DNA from: Trueperaceae bacterium
GTDB lineage: Bacteria > Deinococcota > Deinococci > Deinococcales > Trueperaceae
Length of the DNA stretch: 64,000 nucleotides
NCBI GenBank assembly: GCA_965213925.1
Contig: OZ243927.1
Location: 1,824,001-1,888,000, forward strand
Direction: 5' to 3'
Shown here: piece by piece, positions 1-9,900 of the stretch
Numbering within the stretch: the first letter of the stretch is position 1
How the letters are laid out: the number at the start of each line of letters is the position of its first letter
Program-made: the position numbers and the translations under genes
Notes under the pieces: model-generated
Seen by the model: the letters and a program-made list of their open reading frames with translations, nothing else
Told to the model about the DNA's origin: nothing
Databases searched by the model: none

Positions 1-65
1 GCGAAGCCGATGCCCGCCGTCGAGCCGGTGATGAGCGCTTTCTTACCGCTGAGCTGTAAATCCAC
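1..65 (-). CDS. SDR-family oxidoreductase, 5' end only (runs off the window)
   Basis: The minus strand reads GTG-DLQLSGKKALITGSTAGIGF, the SDR TGxxxGIG motif. An AGGAGG RBS lies just upstream. Not in the ORF track. Confidence 0.85.
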   Translation of the reverse strand, partial: MDLQLSGKKALITGSTAGIGF

Positions 66-612
66 GATGCCTCCTCAGAGCCTTCAGTCAAGAGTCTTCA
101 GTGCTTAAAAGTCCTCTATGTCCAAAATCTTAATGAAGGTAACAGGTCACACATACATGTGTCAGCGACGCACGCTTCATTACCTTTTTATACCTGCCTT
201 CTTACACTTGTCACGCTGAGAAGAGGTCGGCGCGCGGTTCTCGAGAGTGCCTTTCACGAAGCGAAGTTCACGCTCGAGCCAGCCTCCCCATTCCCGTCAC
301 GACCAGGATAGTTTTGCAGCGCATCGACTCATCTCTGCGTTCTAATAGTTATGCTACGCCTGCGTAAATACGCGACTTTGCCATCAGCTTTTCATCAACT
401 TGACCCTTGTACGTGCTATCTTGCCCAAGCTTGTGGGTATGTCTGTCAGGACGCCTGAGCCCAAAGCGTGACGCTTCGGCGCTAAACCATATCGTATGTA
501 AAAAACTCCTCTCATAAGCGCTTAGCCGACGAGAACTGCGCAAGCGGAGCCTGAACGACTGTGTGTCAGCTTGCATCGACTCACCCCTTATATTCACGCC
601 TCGAGGAGACTC

Positions 613-1713
613 GTGTTTACAAAGACAAAAGTTTTAACGGTGGCGCTCGCGCTGACTCTGCTGCTGAGCGCGTGTTCGCGAACGGCGTCCGCCCCGGACG
701 TTGCGCCGGCACCCACCGAAGACCACGTCAAGGAGAAGCCCGACGCGGTAGACGAGAGGGTACCGATCATCTTCGACACCGACCTCGGGTACGACTGCGA
801 CGACGCCGGCGCGCTCGGTGTTTTACACGCGCTCGCCGACTTGGGTGAAGCCAATCCCTTAGCGACGATGACGGTAGTCGGTGCGCCGCACAGCGCGGGC
901 GCGCTCGACGTGATCAACACGCACTATGGACGCCCTGACTTGCCCGTCGGCGCGTACATGGGCGCGCTCTGGCAAGACGCCAGACCGTACTGGCTCGAAC
1001 CCGATACAGACTTTTTAGAGCCGCTCGTTGATAAGTACCCTGCTGACATCGAGACTAGGGCGCAGGCGCAAGAGGTGGTCGCGCTTTACAGGAAGACGCT
1101 CGCCGCGCAGCCCGACGGGAGCGTCACGGTTGTCGCGGTCGGCTTTCTGCAGAACTTAGCCGACCTTTTAGTGTCGCCTGCCGACGAGCACAGCCCGCTC
1201 GAGGGCAAAGCGCTCGTCGCCAAAAAGGTCAAGGAACTCGTCGTCATGGGCGGTAGGTACCCCGCAAACGACGAGACGCGCGACTTCAACCTTATGGGCG
1301 GACCCGAAAAGGATGGTCAAGCTGCGCAGAGGGTCGCCAAGACGTGGCCTACGCCCATCATCTTTAGCGGGAGCGAAATCGGCAACGAAATCCTCACGGG
1401 CAGTTCCCTTCCGGCGACGCTACCCCAGAACCCTGTCGCCCACGCCTACGACCTCTACCCCGGCACGAACAGTGAGGGCGAACGCGCGAGCTGGGACTTG
1501 ACCGCGGTCCTCTACGCCGTACGCGGCGAGGCGAACATGTGGAGCCTGCGCAGAGACAGCCATATCGTGATTGGCGATGACGGCTCGCACAAGTGGAAGT
1601 CCGGCGCGACGAGCCCCGCGCGGTTGTCCTTGGTGAGAGAAGCCCCGGTCGAGGAGATCGAAGGCGTGCTCGACGACCTCTTGGCTCGCCCTCCCGAACG
1701 GGGCTCCTCTTAA
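613..1713 (+). CDS. Nucleoside hydrolase-like lipoprotein
   Basis: Motifs IFDTDLGYDCDDAGAL and SWDLTAVLYAVRG, plus lipobox LLLSAC. Start moved to GTG 613, which follows GAGGAG. Confidence 0.8.
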   Translation: MFTKTKVLTVALALTLLLSACSRTASAPDVAPAPTEDHVKEKPDAVDERVPIIFDTDLGYDCDDAGALGVLHALADLGEANPLATMTVVGAPHSAGALDVINTHYGRPDLPVGAYMGALWQDARPYWLEPDTDFLEPLVDKYPADIETRAQAQEVVALYRKTLAAQPDGSVTVVAVGFLQNLADLLVSPADEHSPLEGKALVAKKVKELVVMGGRYPANDETRDFNLMGGPEKDGQAAQRVAKTWPTPIIFSGSEIGNEILTGSSLPATLPQNPVAHAYDLYPGTNSEGERASWDLTAVLYAVRGEANMWSLRRDSHIVIGDDGSHKWKSGATSPARLSLVREAPVEEIEGVLDDLLARPPERGSS

Positions 1714-1767
1714 AAGGGACTCCCACTCAATAGAGCAATGTGGTTTCAGGGCGTAGGCAGGGTCCGT

Positions 1768-2397
1768 TCAACGCTCAAACGTCGCGATGTGCCAAACGCC
1801 TACGCTCCGTTTTCCTGTGAAAGCGTGTCCGCTGGTCTTCGCTGCCTCGAGAAGCGCACCTTCGCTGTGGACGTAAAAACGGTAGTCTTTGCGCCAGACG
1901 CGCATGCCTAAGTTGAGAAGTCGCCCGGCAAGGTCCATCCACCACGACGGGCGAGGATAGCTAAAGACGAGCCGCGCCCGGCTATGCGCCGCCGCTTTGC
2001 GCAGCAACGCGGGCGCGTCGGGGTAGCAGCAAACGACTCGGTCGAGCAGAACGGTGTCAGCGGGGGAGAGGTCACACTGCATAAAGTCAGCCTCTATAAA
2101 GGTGGCGTTCTCACTCACCTCTCGTTGTTCTGCGAGGGTCCGGGCTGCCCGCAAGTAGTCCCTCGACACGTCTACAAACGTGCCGTGCGCCGCGCCGCGC
2201 GCCAGCAAGCTCAGCCCCAGCCCGCCGACGCCGCAGCCGACGTCGAGCACCGAGCTTCCCGCTACGGAGCCCCGCAAGGTCTCTACAATGGTGCGCTGTC
2301 TCTTGCCGAGCCCGCGCCTTTTGAAGTCGCGCAGCTCCGCCTCTACGACCGGACCTTTGAAGAGTCCATTAAGCCCGTTCGGATCGCAGCAACTCAT
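1768..2397 (-). CDS. Class I SAM-dependent methyltransferase
   Basis: VLDVGCGVG motif I and DRVVCCYPD. Confidence 0.8.
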   Translation of the reverse strand: MSCCDPNGLNGLFKGPVVEAELRDFKRRGLGKRQRTIVETLRGSVAGSSVLDVGCGVGGLGLSLLARGAAHGTFVDVSRDYLRAARTLAEQREVSENATFIEADFMQCDLSPADTVLLDRVVCCYPDAPALLRKAAAHSRARLVFSYPRPSWWMDLAGRLLNLGMRVWRKDYRFYVHSEGALLEAAKTSGHAFTGKRSVGVWHIATFER

Positions 2398-2780
2398 GAG
2401 ATGCGCTTAGTCGGCCTGGTCAAGAGGTAGGTGCTGACGCTCAGACCTACGAAGACGAGCACAACCTTGACCCACACAATAGGGACAGCGAGGGCGCTCG
2501 AGCCCACCGTCACGACGATGAGCGAGACCGCCAGCACCTTCGCCCGCAAAGGAAGCCCCAGCCCCGCGCGCCAGTCGCGGATAAGCGGACCGAAGGCGCG
2601 GTTATTCAGGAGCCAGTTGTAAAACCTGGGGCTACTCCGCGCGAAGAAAAACGCGGCGATGAGCAAAAAGACCGTCGTGGGCATCACGGGCAAAAACGCG
2701 CCGACAACGCCCAAACCCGTAAAGAGGAGACCGAGCACGAGCCAGAGAAAGCGCACTGCGGGGTTCGCAGACAGGCGCAT
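2394..2780 (-). CDS. YbaN/DUF454 inner-membrane protein
   Basis: GAFLPVMPTTVFLLIAAFFFARSSPRF signature. Probable start MRLSANP. Confidence 0.85.
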   Translation of the reverse strand: MRLSANPAVRFLWLVLGLLFTGLGVVGAFLPVMPTTVFLLIAAFFFARSSPRFYNWLLNNRAFGPLIRDWRAGLGLPLRAKVLAVSLIVVTVGSSALAVPIVWVKVVLVFVGLSVSTYLLTRPTKRIS

Positions 2781-2863
2781 CTCGTGGCTGTAGTCTACTT
2801 GCGGCGGTTTACTCACCTCTTTAGCGTAGCGCGAAATGCGGTGAAAAGACGTTAGGGAAGAGG

Positions 2864-3272
2864 TCAAACCTCGAAGAACGAACGCAGGTCGGCGGCGAGT
2901 TCGTCGAGTTTATCCCTGGGAACTGGCGCGTTGTCCCACTCGAGCCTAACCTCATCTCCCGACCAGCGCGGCACGAGGTGAACGTGGACGTGAAAAACGT
3001 CCTGCTGACCTGCTCGCCCGTTCGACTGCACGACGCTAAGCCCTTCGCAGCCCGAGACCGCTTTGACCGCTCTCGAGACGCTGACAACCGTTTGGAAGAG
3101 CGCGGCTGCCTGTTCGTCCGTGAGGTCATGGAGTGTTTCGACGTGTTCGCGCAGGATGACGAGCACCTTGTACGGATTAGGCTGCTCGAGGCTCAAAAGT
3201 GCCGCTGTCGCCGCATCTTCGTAAACGAAGCTCGCCGGAACGTCGCCCGCTAAGATTCCGCAGAACACGCAT

Positions 3273-3280
<8 letters not shown>
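2864..3280 (-). CDS. HIT-family hydrolase
   Basis: MDECVFC N-terminus and HVHVHLVPR histidine triad. Confidence 0.9.
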
Positions 3281-3434
<154 letters not shown>

Positions 3435-3562
3435 CTTGTACCCTTTCCGGTCAATTCCTGTAGGAATTGACCCGAGTAAAGAGTCTTCAACAGCGGGTAG
3501 CATCTGTTGATAGACACAGCGTGTCGATAACGGCATGATACGCCCTGTTGAAGACTCTTTAC

Positions 3563-3748
3563 CTAGAGCATCCCTTCGGAGCGGAGCAAGAAGAAGGTCG
3601 AGGTGGCAAAAACGGCGAACAGGAGCACCAGCAAAAAGACGTTGGGCGGGGTTCCCAGGTACAGCTCGTTCAAGAAACCGATGGCGGAGAGGATAACGAT
3701 GGCGACGACGACGAATTTATTGAAGGGTTTTAAGGATTTCGGGTCCAT
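3563..3748 (-). CDS. Small two-TM membrane protein
   Basis: Two hydrophobic segments, coupled to the upstream VOC gene. Confidence 0.6.
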   Translation of the reverse strand: MDPKSLKPFNKFVVVAIVILSAIGFLNELYLGTPPNVFLLVLLFAVFATSTFFLLRSEGML

Positions 3749-3749
3749 C

Positions 3750-4130
3750 TCACTCCAGGGGGTCTGAGAAACGTTGCACCTCGAGCCGGTACCCATCGGG
3801 GTCGCGCGCAAAGAAGTGGTAGATGCCGAACGAACCGTTCTCTTTGGGTTTGCCTTCCGTCTCGATGTTGAGGCGCAAGAGCCGCCTATAAACTTCGTCC
3901 ACCTCGTCCGTCAAGAGGGTGATGATGACGCCCTTGTGATCCGGAATGTCGCCCTCGTGCTGGCAAAATCCCAGGTACGCTTCACTTGCCGCCTTGAAGA
4001 TGACGCACGTTTTCTGGTCCCTGACCAAGCTCAAGCCTACGTCCCGCGTGTAAAAGTCCGTCGTCGCGGCGAGGTCGTGGCAGGGGTAAAAGGCGACGAA
4101 GCCCGTTATGTCAAAGTCCGTCGTCATCAA
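3750..4130 (-). CDS. VOC/glyoxalase-family protein
   Basis: DLAATTDFY...GL and FFARDPDGYRLEV motifs. Confidence 0.85.
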   Translation of the reverse strand: MMTTDFDITGFVAFYPCHDLAATTDFYTRDVGLSLVRDQKTCVIFKAASEAYLGFCQHEGDIPDHKGVIITLLTDEVDEVYRRLLRLNIETEGKPKENGSFGIYHFFARDPDGYRLEVQRFSDPLE

Positions 4131-5002
4131 TAGTCCACCGGGCGCAGATAGAATTCGTTGATCGCCGTGCCCGAGACCATCGCGCTGATGGGCAGTTCGC
4201 GCTTCCAGTGCGTCTTGGCGACCTTCGCTTTGACGAGGTCGATTTCGCTCTGCTCGAAGCCGAGCGAGCAGATGTAGGTGTCCTCATAGCCCGCGAGGTG
4301 ATGAAGCAGAATTTTATCGGCGCGTTCGTACGAGATTCCCAAGTCGTCCTCGTCGGATTGACCGGGAATGAGGTCGGCAGAAGGTGCTTTGCCGACGATC
4401 TCCTCCGGCACGCCTAGATGCTTCGCCAGCGCTTTTACCTGCGTTTTGAAAAGGTCGCCCAAGGGGTTCACGGGCGCGGCGTCCGCAACGTCGTGCCAGG
4501 TGTAGTACCCGAAGAGCCGCTCGGTCTTGTTGCTCGTACCGACCGGCACCGCGCCGTATTCAAAGGACTTGTCGAAGGCGATGATCATACGCTGGCGCGC
4601 CATCACGTTGCCCTTGCGGTGCGCGTTCATCGAGGGGACTTGCTCCGTGTAGCCGTCCACCGCACGCGTAATGTCGATCGTCTCGGCGTGAATCCCTAGG
4701 TCGTCAATGATGAGTTGCGCGTGGTCTAATGACGCCGAACTCGAGGTCTCGTAAGGCATGCGGAGCGCGTAGACGTTCTCCGGTCCCAACGCCCGAGCCG
4801 ACAAATAGGTGGTCACGGCGCTGTCCACGCCGCCCGAAAGCGCCACGACGACCTTCTCGAAGCCTTTGCGCCGCCGCACCTCGTCGCGCAAAAAAGCGAC
4901 GAGAAAGTCCGTCACGGTCGCCAGGTCGATATCCAAGCTCTTCTGCGGTCTGCCGTTCGCGCGAATGATAGTAGTGCGTTCTTTCGGTAGGGTCTGGCTC
5001 AC
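4127..5002 (-). CDS. nadE: NAD+ synthetase, synthetase subunit
   Basis: ALSGGVDSAV P-loop, GTSNKTE and KAPSADL. The GTG start overlaps the stop of the upstream gene. Confidence 0.92.
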   Translation of the reverse strand: MSQTLPKERTTIIRANGRPQKSLDIDLATVTDFLVAFLRDEVRRRKGFEKVVVALSGGVDSAVTTYLSARALGPENVYALRMPYETSSSASLDHAQLIIDDLGIHAETIDITRAVDGYTEQVPSMNAHRKGNVMARQRMIIAFDKSFEYGAVPVGTSNKTERLFGYYTWHDVADAAPVNPLGDLFKTQVKALAKHLGVPEEIVGKAPSADLIPGQSDEDDLGISYERADKILLHHLAGYEDTYICSLGFEQSEIDLVKAKVAKTHWKRELPISAMVSGTAINEFYLRPVDY

Positions 5003-5886
5003 GGTTTCGCTCCAGCTTCTGAAAAGGCGCGCACCAATTCGGGCAAGTTGGCGCGCAAGTCCGCTAAGAGTGGGCTCTCGTAGCGGGCGGCTTGAATGCT
5101 CTCCAAGTGCACCTCGGTAAGCAAGATGCATTCGTCGAAAAGGGGTCCTTCCGCGACCTCCGCGCCGTAGGGGTCCATCATGTGCGACATGCCCATGAAG
5201 CCTTTGCCTCCTTCGAAGCCCGTTAAGCACGTGGTGAGGACGTAGACGCCGTGCTCGGCGGCGATGCCTTTGGCGGTATCCTTCCAACGTTGCGCGTTGC
5301 TCGGGATGCCCTTTTGCCCGGCTTGCTCGGCGACGAAGTCCCGCGCCGGGCTCGCGGTCGGGATGTAGAGAACGTCCGCGCCTTTTAGAGCGAGAACGGC
5401 GGCGGTGCTCGCGTGCCAGGCGTCCTCGCAGATGAGGAGCCCTGCCCGCCCGAAGCGCGTGTCGAAGGCGTCTAAATGGGCACCCCTCGAGACGTAGCGT
5501 TCCTCGTCGAAAACCCCATACGTCGGCAAAAACATCTTCCGGTGAACGTGCCGAACGCCCTCATGGTCCGTCCCGAACTCCGCGTAGAGCGAGCTGTTGT
5601 AAAAGGTGCCGCCGTCGCGCTCGTAGAAACCGAGACAGATGTCTAAAGGTGCGTTCCAATTTGCTTTTTTAAGCGTCTCTTTCAAAAGGTCGAAGAGGTG
5701 AGGCGCGGTCAAAGCCTGTTCGCGCACGCCCGCCTGCAAAAAGTAGCCCGAGAGCGCCGTTTCGGGCAGCGTGAGAACGTCAACAGATTCATCTTTGAGG
5801 TCTTCTAACATGCCGCCCAGACGCTCTAAATTATGCTCAAGTCTCCCTTTATGCGGCTTAAACTGAACCAGTGCGTGCCGTATCAT
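4999..5886 (-). CDS. Nitrilase/C-N hydrolase, likely the glutaminase subunit of NAD synthetase
   Basis: E-K-C triad (LPET, HRKMFLPTYGVFDE, LICED). Translationally coupled to nadE. Confidence 0.85.
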   Translation of the reverse strand: MIRHALVQFKPHKGRLEHNLERLGGMLEDLKDESVDVLTLPETALSGYFLQAGVREQALTAPHLFDLLKETLKKANWNAPLDICLGFYERDGGTFYNSSLYAEFGTDHEGVRHVHRKMFLPTYGVFDEERYVSRGAHLDAFDTRFGRAGLLICEDAWHASTAAVLALKGADVLYIPTASPARDFVAEQAGQKGIPSNAQRWKDTAKGIAAEHGVYVLTTCLTGFEGGKGFMGMSHMMDPYGAEVAEGPLFDECILLTEVHLESIQAARYESPLLADLRANLPELVRAFSEAGAKP

Positions 5887-6060
5887 ACTCTTATCTTACT
5901 CGCCAAACCCGCCCGACTTTTGAGCCCGCCGCAATGTTGCAGGAACGCCCTCATACAGCGGTCAGCGCTGCAGTTCCTACACATGTGACTTTTACCCTTT
6001 GTGACGCACGCTGTGATATTTCATAGTTAAGCGCCCGTGCGCAGGTCCTACGCTAGAGTC

Positions 6061-6474
6061 ATGTCAGCGACGCTCCTTCTTGCCGCTAATCCCTTACCTC
6101 TTACGCTCATCACTTGTTTGGACGACTTGGGCTATGAGGTTGTCACGGCTGAGGGCGGGCGTGGAATGCTGGAGCACCTCGGACGGCGCACGCTAGACTT
6201 GCTCATTTTGGACGCAGATATGCTCATGGCGAGCGGGTTGGGCACGTGCGAGAAGTTGACCTGTCTATTGAAACATTACGACCTCCCCGTCATCATGACG
6301 AGCACGCTCTCAAATTTTCGCGAGAGGAGCGTCACCCATCTCGTAAACGCGAAAGTCGTCCTCCATAGCCCTATGGCTGGCGAGGTCGCGGCGATGGTCG
6401 AAGGGCTGCTCGGTAATGCTTACCAGAAGCTCACTCAAGCGGACGAAGCTCGCCGCTGGCGCACCGCTTCGTAG
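6061..6474 (+). CDS. Degenerate stand-alone receiver-domain protein
   Basis: GYEVVTA, DLLILD and LPVIMTS receiver-like pattern. Lacks the acidic pair and the conserved Lys. Confidence 0.6.
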   Translation: MSATLLLAANPLPLTLITCLDDLGYEVVTAEGGRGMLEHLGRRTLDLLILDADMLMASGLGTCEKLTCLLKHYDLPVIMTSTLSNFRERSVTHLVNAKVVLHSPMAGEVAAMVEGLLGNAYQKLTQADEARRWRTAS

Positions 6475-7232
6475 AGCAAGAGCGCCCCGGCAGTTCCTAC
6501 GTTTAGGCTGTCCGCCAACCCTCGCATCGGAATCCTTACGCGGCTCTGCGCCGCTTCTAACCACGCTTCTGGTAATCCCTCGTGCTCTGCCCCTAAAACA
6601 ACTGCGACCGCGCCCGTGTAGTCGGCGTCCCAATAGCTCAACTCGGTATGCGGCGTCGTCGCGACGACGTGGACCTCGTGTTTTTGCAACCAAGCGAGCA
6701 GTGTTTCTGTCTCGACGTTCAGCACAGGACGGCTAAACACGCTTCCCATCGAGGCGCGAATCACGTTCGGGTTGGTGAGGTCCGTGCCTGCGCCCGTGAC
6801 GAACACGGCGTCCGCGTCCACGCCGTCGGCGGTGCGCAAGAGCGCGCCTAGGTTGCCGGGTTTCTCGAGCCCCACCACCACTAAAAAAAGCGCATCCGGC
6901 TCAACGTCTAAGGCGTCCAAAGAGGTCTCGCGCATCCATGCAACAGCGAGCAGTCCATCTGGCGTGTCGCGGTAGCTGACCTTTTGAAAGGCGACGCTCG
7001 AGAGGTGAATGTGCTCTAAGGTGTCGGCTCGAGCCAGAACCTCTTTACCCTCAGCGTTTAAGAAATCCTCACAGGTATAGAGTTTTTCCACTTCGACGCC
7101 AGCGCTGAGCGCCCGCCCGACCTCTCTCGCTCCCTCAATCAGAAAACGCCCTTCACGCTCCCGCGTCCGCCGTTCGCGTAGCTTCACGAGCGCTTTGACC
7201 TGCGGATTTTTCGGGCTTTCGATGCGCGTCAC
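6435..7232 (-). CDS. TrmH/SpoU-family RNA methyltransferase
   Basis: EKPGNLGALLRTA, VLGAEHEGL and SLNV motifs. Confidence 0.92.
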   Translation of the reverse strand: MTRIESPKNPQVKALVKLRERRTREREGRFLIEGAREVGRALSAGVEVEKLYTCEDFLNAEGKEVLARADTLEHIHLSSVAFQKVSYRDTPDGLLAVAWMRETSLDALDVEPDALFLVVVGLEKPGNLGALLRTADGVDADAVFVTGAGTDLTNPNVIRASMGSVFSRPVLNVETETLLAWLQKHEVHVVATTPHTELSYWDADYTGAVAVVLGAEHEGLPEAWLEAAQSRVRIPMRGLADSLNVGTAGALLLYEAVRQRRASSA

Positions 7233-7300
7233 ATCGGTATTCTAACGGCATCTTAGCTCGGTAATACGTTCTAAAGCGCAGGGCGTACTAAACTTGAAAC

Positions 7301-8134
7301 ATGAAAAACGTCATCAGCGCAAAAGACCTCCAAGACCGACTAGACGACGTCAACCTCGTCGTCGTGGACACCCGCTTCAACCTCCAAGACCCGTCGGAAG
7401 GACACGAGCGTTTCAAAGACGCGCACATTCCCGGCGCGGTCTATTTCGACCTGGACAAAGACCTCTCCGCGCCACCCAAAGCGCACGGCGGGCGGCATCC
7501 ACTCCCTGAAACCGAGGGGTTCGTGCGGAAGCTCGAGCTTTCCGGCATCGGTAACGACACATCCGTTATCGTCTATGACGACTCTCTGAACGTCTTCGCC
7601 GGGCGCATGTGGTGGCTGCTCAGATATTTAGGACACGAGGATGTCAAGGTTTTAGACGGCGGGTTCTCGGCGTGGCAGCAGGCAGGGCTAGGGACGACCG
7701 CCGAACTCCCACACCGCGAAGCTGCGATGTTCACGCCGCACCCAAACTCCAAAATGGTCGTAGATATCGAAGAGGTGAAAAAGAAGCTGAACGACCCGAA
7801 TACGGTTCTGATCGACGCCAGAGGCGCAGACCGTTACCGCGGCGACGTTGAGCCGATGGACAAAAAAGCCGGGCACATCCCCTCGGCGCGGAACCTGCAC
7901 TACGCCGGGAACTACGAAAACGGCAAGTTCAAGGACGAGGGCACACTTGAAGAGCGCTTTACAGAGGCGAGAGGAGCCGAAGAGGTCATCGTCTACTGCG
8001 GTTCGGGAGTGAGCGCGGCGAACAACCTCTTGGCGCTCGAAGAGGTCGGTGTGGAGGGCGCGAAGCTCTACGTAGGGTCGTGGAGTGACTGGAGTTCGTA
8101 TGAGGATACGCCCGTCGCTGTAGGCGAGGACTGA
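7301..8134 (+). CDS. Tandem-rhodanese sulfurtransferase (SseA-like)
   Basis: HIPGAVY, GRHPLP, YCGSGVSA and LYVGSWSDW. Confidence 0.92.
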   Translation: MKNVISAKDLQDRLDDVNLVVVDTRFNLQDPSEGHERFKDAHIPGAVYFDLDKDLSAPPKAHGGRHPLPETEGFVRKLELSGIGNDTSVIVYDDSLNVFAGRMWWLLRYLGHEDVKVLDGGFSAWQQAGLGTTAELPHREAAMFTPHPNSKMVVDIEEVKKKLNDPNTVLIDARGADRYRGDVEPMDKKAGHIPSARNLHYAGNYENGKFKDEGTLEERFTEARGAEEVIVYCGSGVSAANNLLALEEVGVEGAKLYVGSWSDWSSYEDTPVAVGED

Positions 8135-8135
8135 A

Positions 8136-8174
8136 GACGCGGCCGAGTTGGGAGAAGTCGCCGATTTTGAACAC
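8136..8174 (-). pseudogene. N-terminal stub of a MerR-family (BltR/BmrR-like) regulator
   Basis: GGAGG RBS, then GTG-FKIGDFSQLGRV, the typical start of MerR multidrug regulators. It runs straight into the antisense of the sulfurtransferase. Confidence 0.7.
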
Positions 8175-8199
8175 GTCTGACCTCCACGTCTATTGTCTT

Positions 8200-8230
8200 A
8201 GCTTAGACTCCAACACCGCGTAAGGGTCAA
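8200..8230 (-). promoter_or_regulatory. MerR-type promoter with 19-bp spacer
   Basis: Minus strand TTGACC-N19-TAAGCT, with a GAC(C/T)C...GAGTC dyad spanning the spacer. Confidence 0.7.
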
Positions 8231-8294
8231 GGGTCGGAAGGCTCGATGAAGAAGTGCTGAAAAGACGCTGAACCTCTGCATGCTAAGATTCGTT

Positions 8295-8936
8295 ATGAAA
8301 AAACTGAGTCATCTGGCTTGCGCCCTAGGTCTTTTGCTTACGCTGCAAAGCTGTGGATTCTTTCAGAGTTCCGTCACCAAAACAGTTGTAATCGAAAGCT
8401 ACCAAACGCAGTGCACGACGTCTTACCCTTTTTTACAAACACTTTGTCTGGTGATGATAGAGCCAAGTGGAGAAGAGCAAGCAGTCGTAGGAATCGGCGA
8501 CTTCGAGTACGAATGGGGCTACACTTACGAACTGGTTATCAAGGAAACGAAACCTGATCCGGACTTGCAAGATGCACCTGCGCTTTTTCGCGACCTCGTC
8601 GAAGTTGTATCGAAAGAGAGGGTTGCGCCTGGTACAACTTTCGAGACGCGCCTTGAGACCGTTCTCCCTGTCAGAGACATCGGCGAAGGGATGAGCCGTC
8701 AAATCATTACTCGAGAAGCGCCCGACCTCTTCGCCTTTTTTAAGGGAATTTACTCATACGAAGACGCCGATTTCGGACGAGAGTTTACGTGTGAGCCCGC
8801 GCTCTGCGAGGAGATGAGCGACTTGGTGGGACAAGAACTCGAGCTAACTCTCAGGTTCGCCCATCCCGAAACCCCGAATCAGCCTCTTGTCTTAGAGCAA
8901 ATTGTCAGCACCGAGGCGTTGCCCGACTGGTATTAG
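8295..8936 (+). CDS. DUF4377-like lipoprotein
   Basis: Lipobox LTLQSC and C...CL...IGDFEYEWGYTYEL pattern. Confidence 0.65.
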   Translation: MKKLSHLACALGLLLTLQSCGFFQSSVTKTVVIESYQTQCTTSYPFLQTLCLVMIEPSGEEQAVVGIGDFEYEWGYTYELVIKETKPDPDLQDAPALFRDLVEVVSKERVAPGTTFETRLETVLPVRDIGEGMSRQIITREAPDLFAFFKGIYSYEDADFGREFTCEPALCEEMSDLVGQELELTLRFAHPETPNQPLVLEQIVSTEALPDWY

Positions 8937-9607
8937 TCCTCAGTGATTCCGACGCTCTCTTTCAGCGCTGCAATATTCTCCTGCACACTGTCCATCCCAC
9001 TAAATATCGCGCTGCCCGCCACGAGCACCGACGCGCCCGCGTTGGCGACCCTGGGCGCGGTGCTCTTGTCGATGCCGCCGTCCACCTCTAGCTCACAGTT
9101 AGGGTTGATTTCGTCAATCCAACCTCTTACCGTGCGCAGCCTGCGGATCGTCGCTTCGATAAACTTCTGTCCGCCGAAGCCGGGGTTGACGCTCATGACG
9201 AGTGCTAGGTCGAGGTAGGGCAAGGCTTCTTTCACAATCTCTAAAGGCGTCACCGGATTGACCGCCAGACCTGCGCGCGTGCCCGACTCGCGCACGACTT
9301 GCAGGGCGCGGTGGACGTGCGGTGTGGCTTCGGCGTGGAGGGTGAGGATGTCTGCGCCAGCCTCCGCAAAAGTTTCCAAGTAGCGTTCGGGGTCTGAAAT
9401 CATCAGGTGAACGTCTAAAGGAAGTTTCGTTACGCGCTTGCAGGCTTGTACGATCAGGGGTCCGATGGTGATGTTTGGAACGAAGTGGCCGTCCATCACG
9501 TCGATGTGGATGTAGTCAGCCCCGGCTTCCTCGGCGGCTTTGACCTGTTCGCCTAAGCGCGAGAAGTCGGCGGCGAGGATCGAGGGGGCGATTTTGGGAG
9601 TGTTCAC
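8933..9607 (-). CDS. rpe: Ribulose-phosphate 3-epimerase
   Basis: IAPSILAADF, HIDVMDGHFVPN, MSVNPGFGGQKF and EVDGG. Confidence 0.97.
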   Translation of the reverse strand: MNTPKIAPSILAADFSRLGEQVKAAEEAGADYIHIDVMDGHFVPNITIGPLIVQACKRVTKLPLDVHLMISDPERYLETFAEAGADILTLHAEATPHVHRALQVVRESGTRAGLAVNPVTPLEIVKEALPYLDLALVMSVNPGFGGQKFIEATIRRLRTVRGWIDEINPNCELEVDGGIDKSTAPRVANAGASVLVAGSAIFSGMDSVQENIAALKESVGITED

Positions 9608-9900
9608 AGCGCAGAGTATAGCAGGGGCGCGGAGGGAGAGGTGTGTGGGGTTTGGGGAACGGAACAGTCGGAATCTGTTAGAGGTGAAGGTTTGACTCGA
9701 GCCCCAACCCCCATAAGGCTTCTGCCGACGCCCCACCCCGCAATTCAAACTGCTTGACCCTACCCCACGAGACCTCGAAGTCGGGCGCTTTGCCGAGCGA
9801 GAATCAACTACCGTGGCGGTGATGAGGTTATTTTCAAGCTCGAGCCTCCTTGAACACATCTCGAGCCGTGTGAGCGCCGATCAGGGTTGGCGTTACCCTT

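Noticed and set aside
349..597. 82-aa minus-strand ORF in the first intergenic region
   Set aside because: No recognisable motif or clear initiation signal, and it overlaps the likely promoter region of the next gene.
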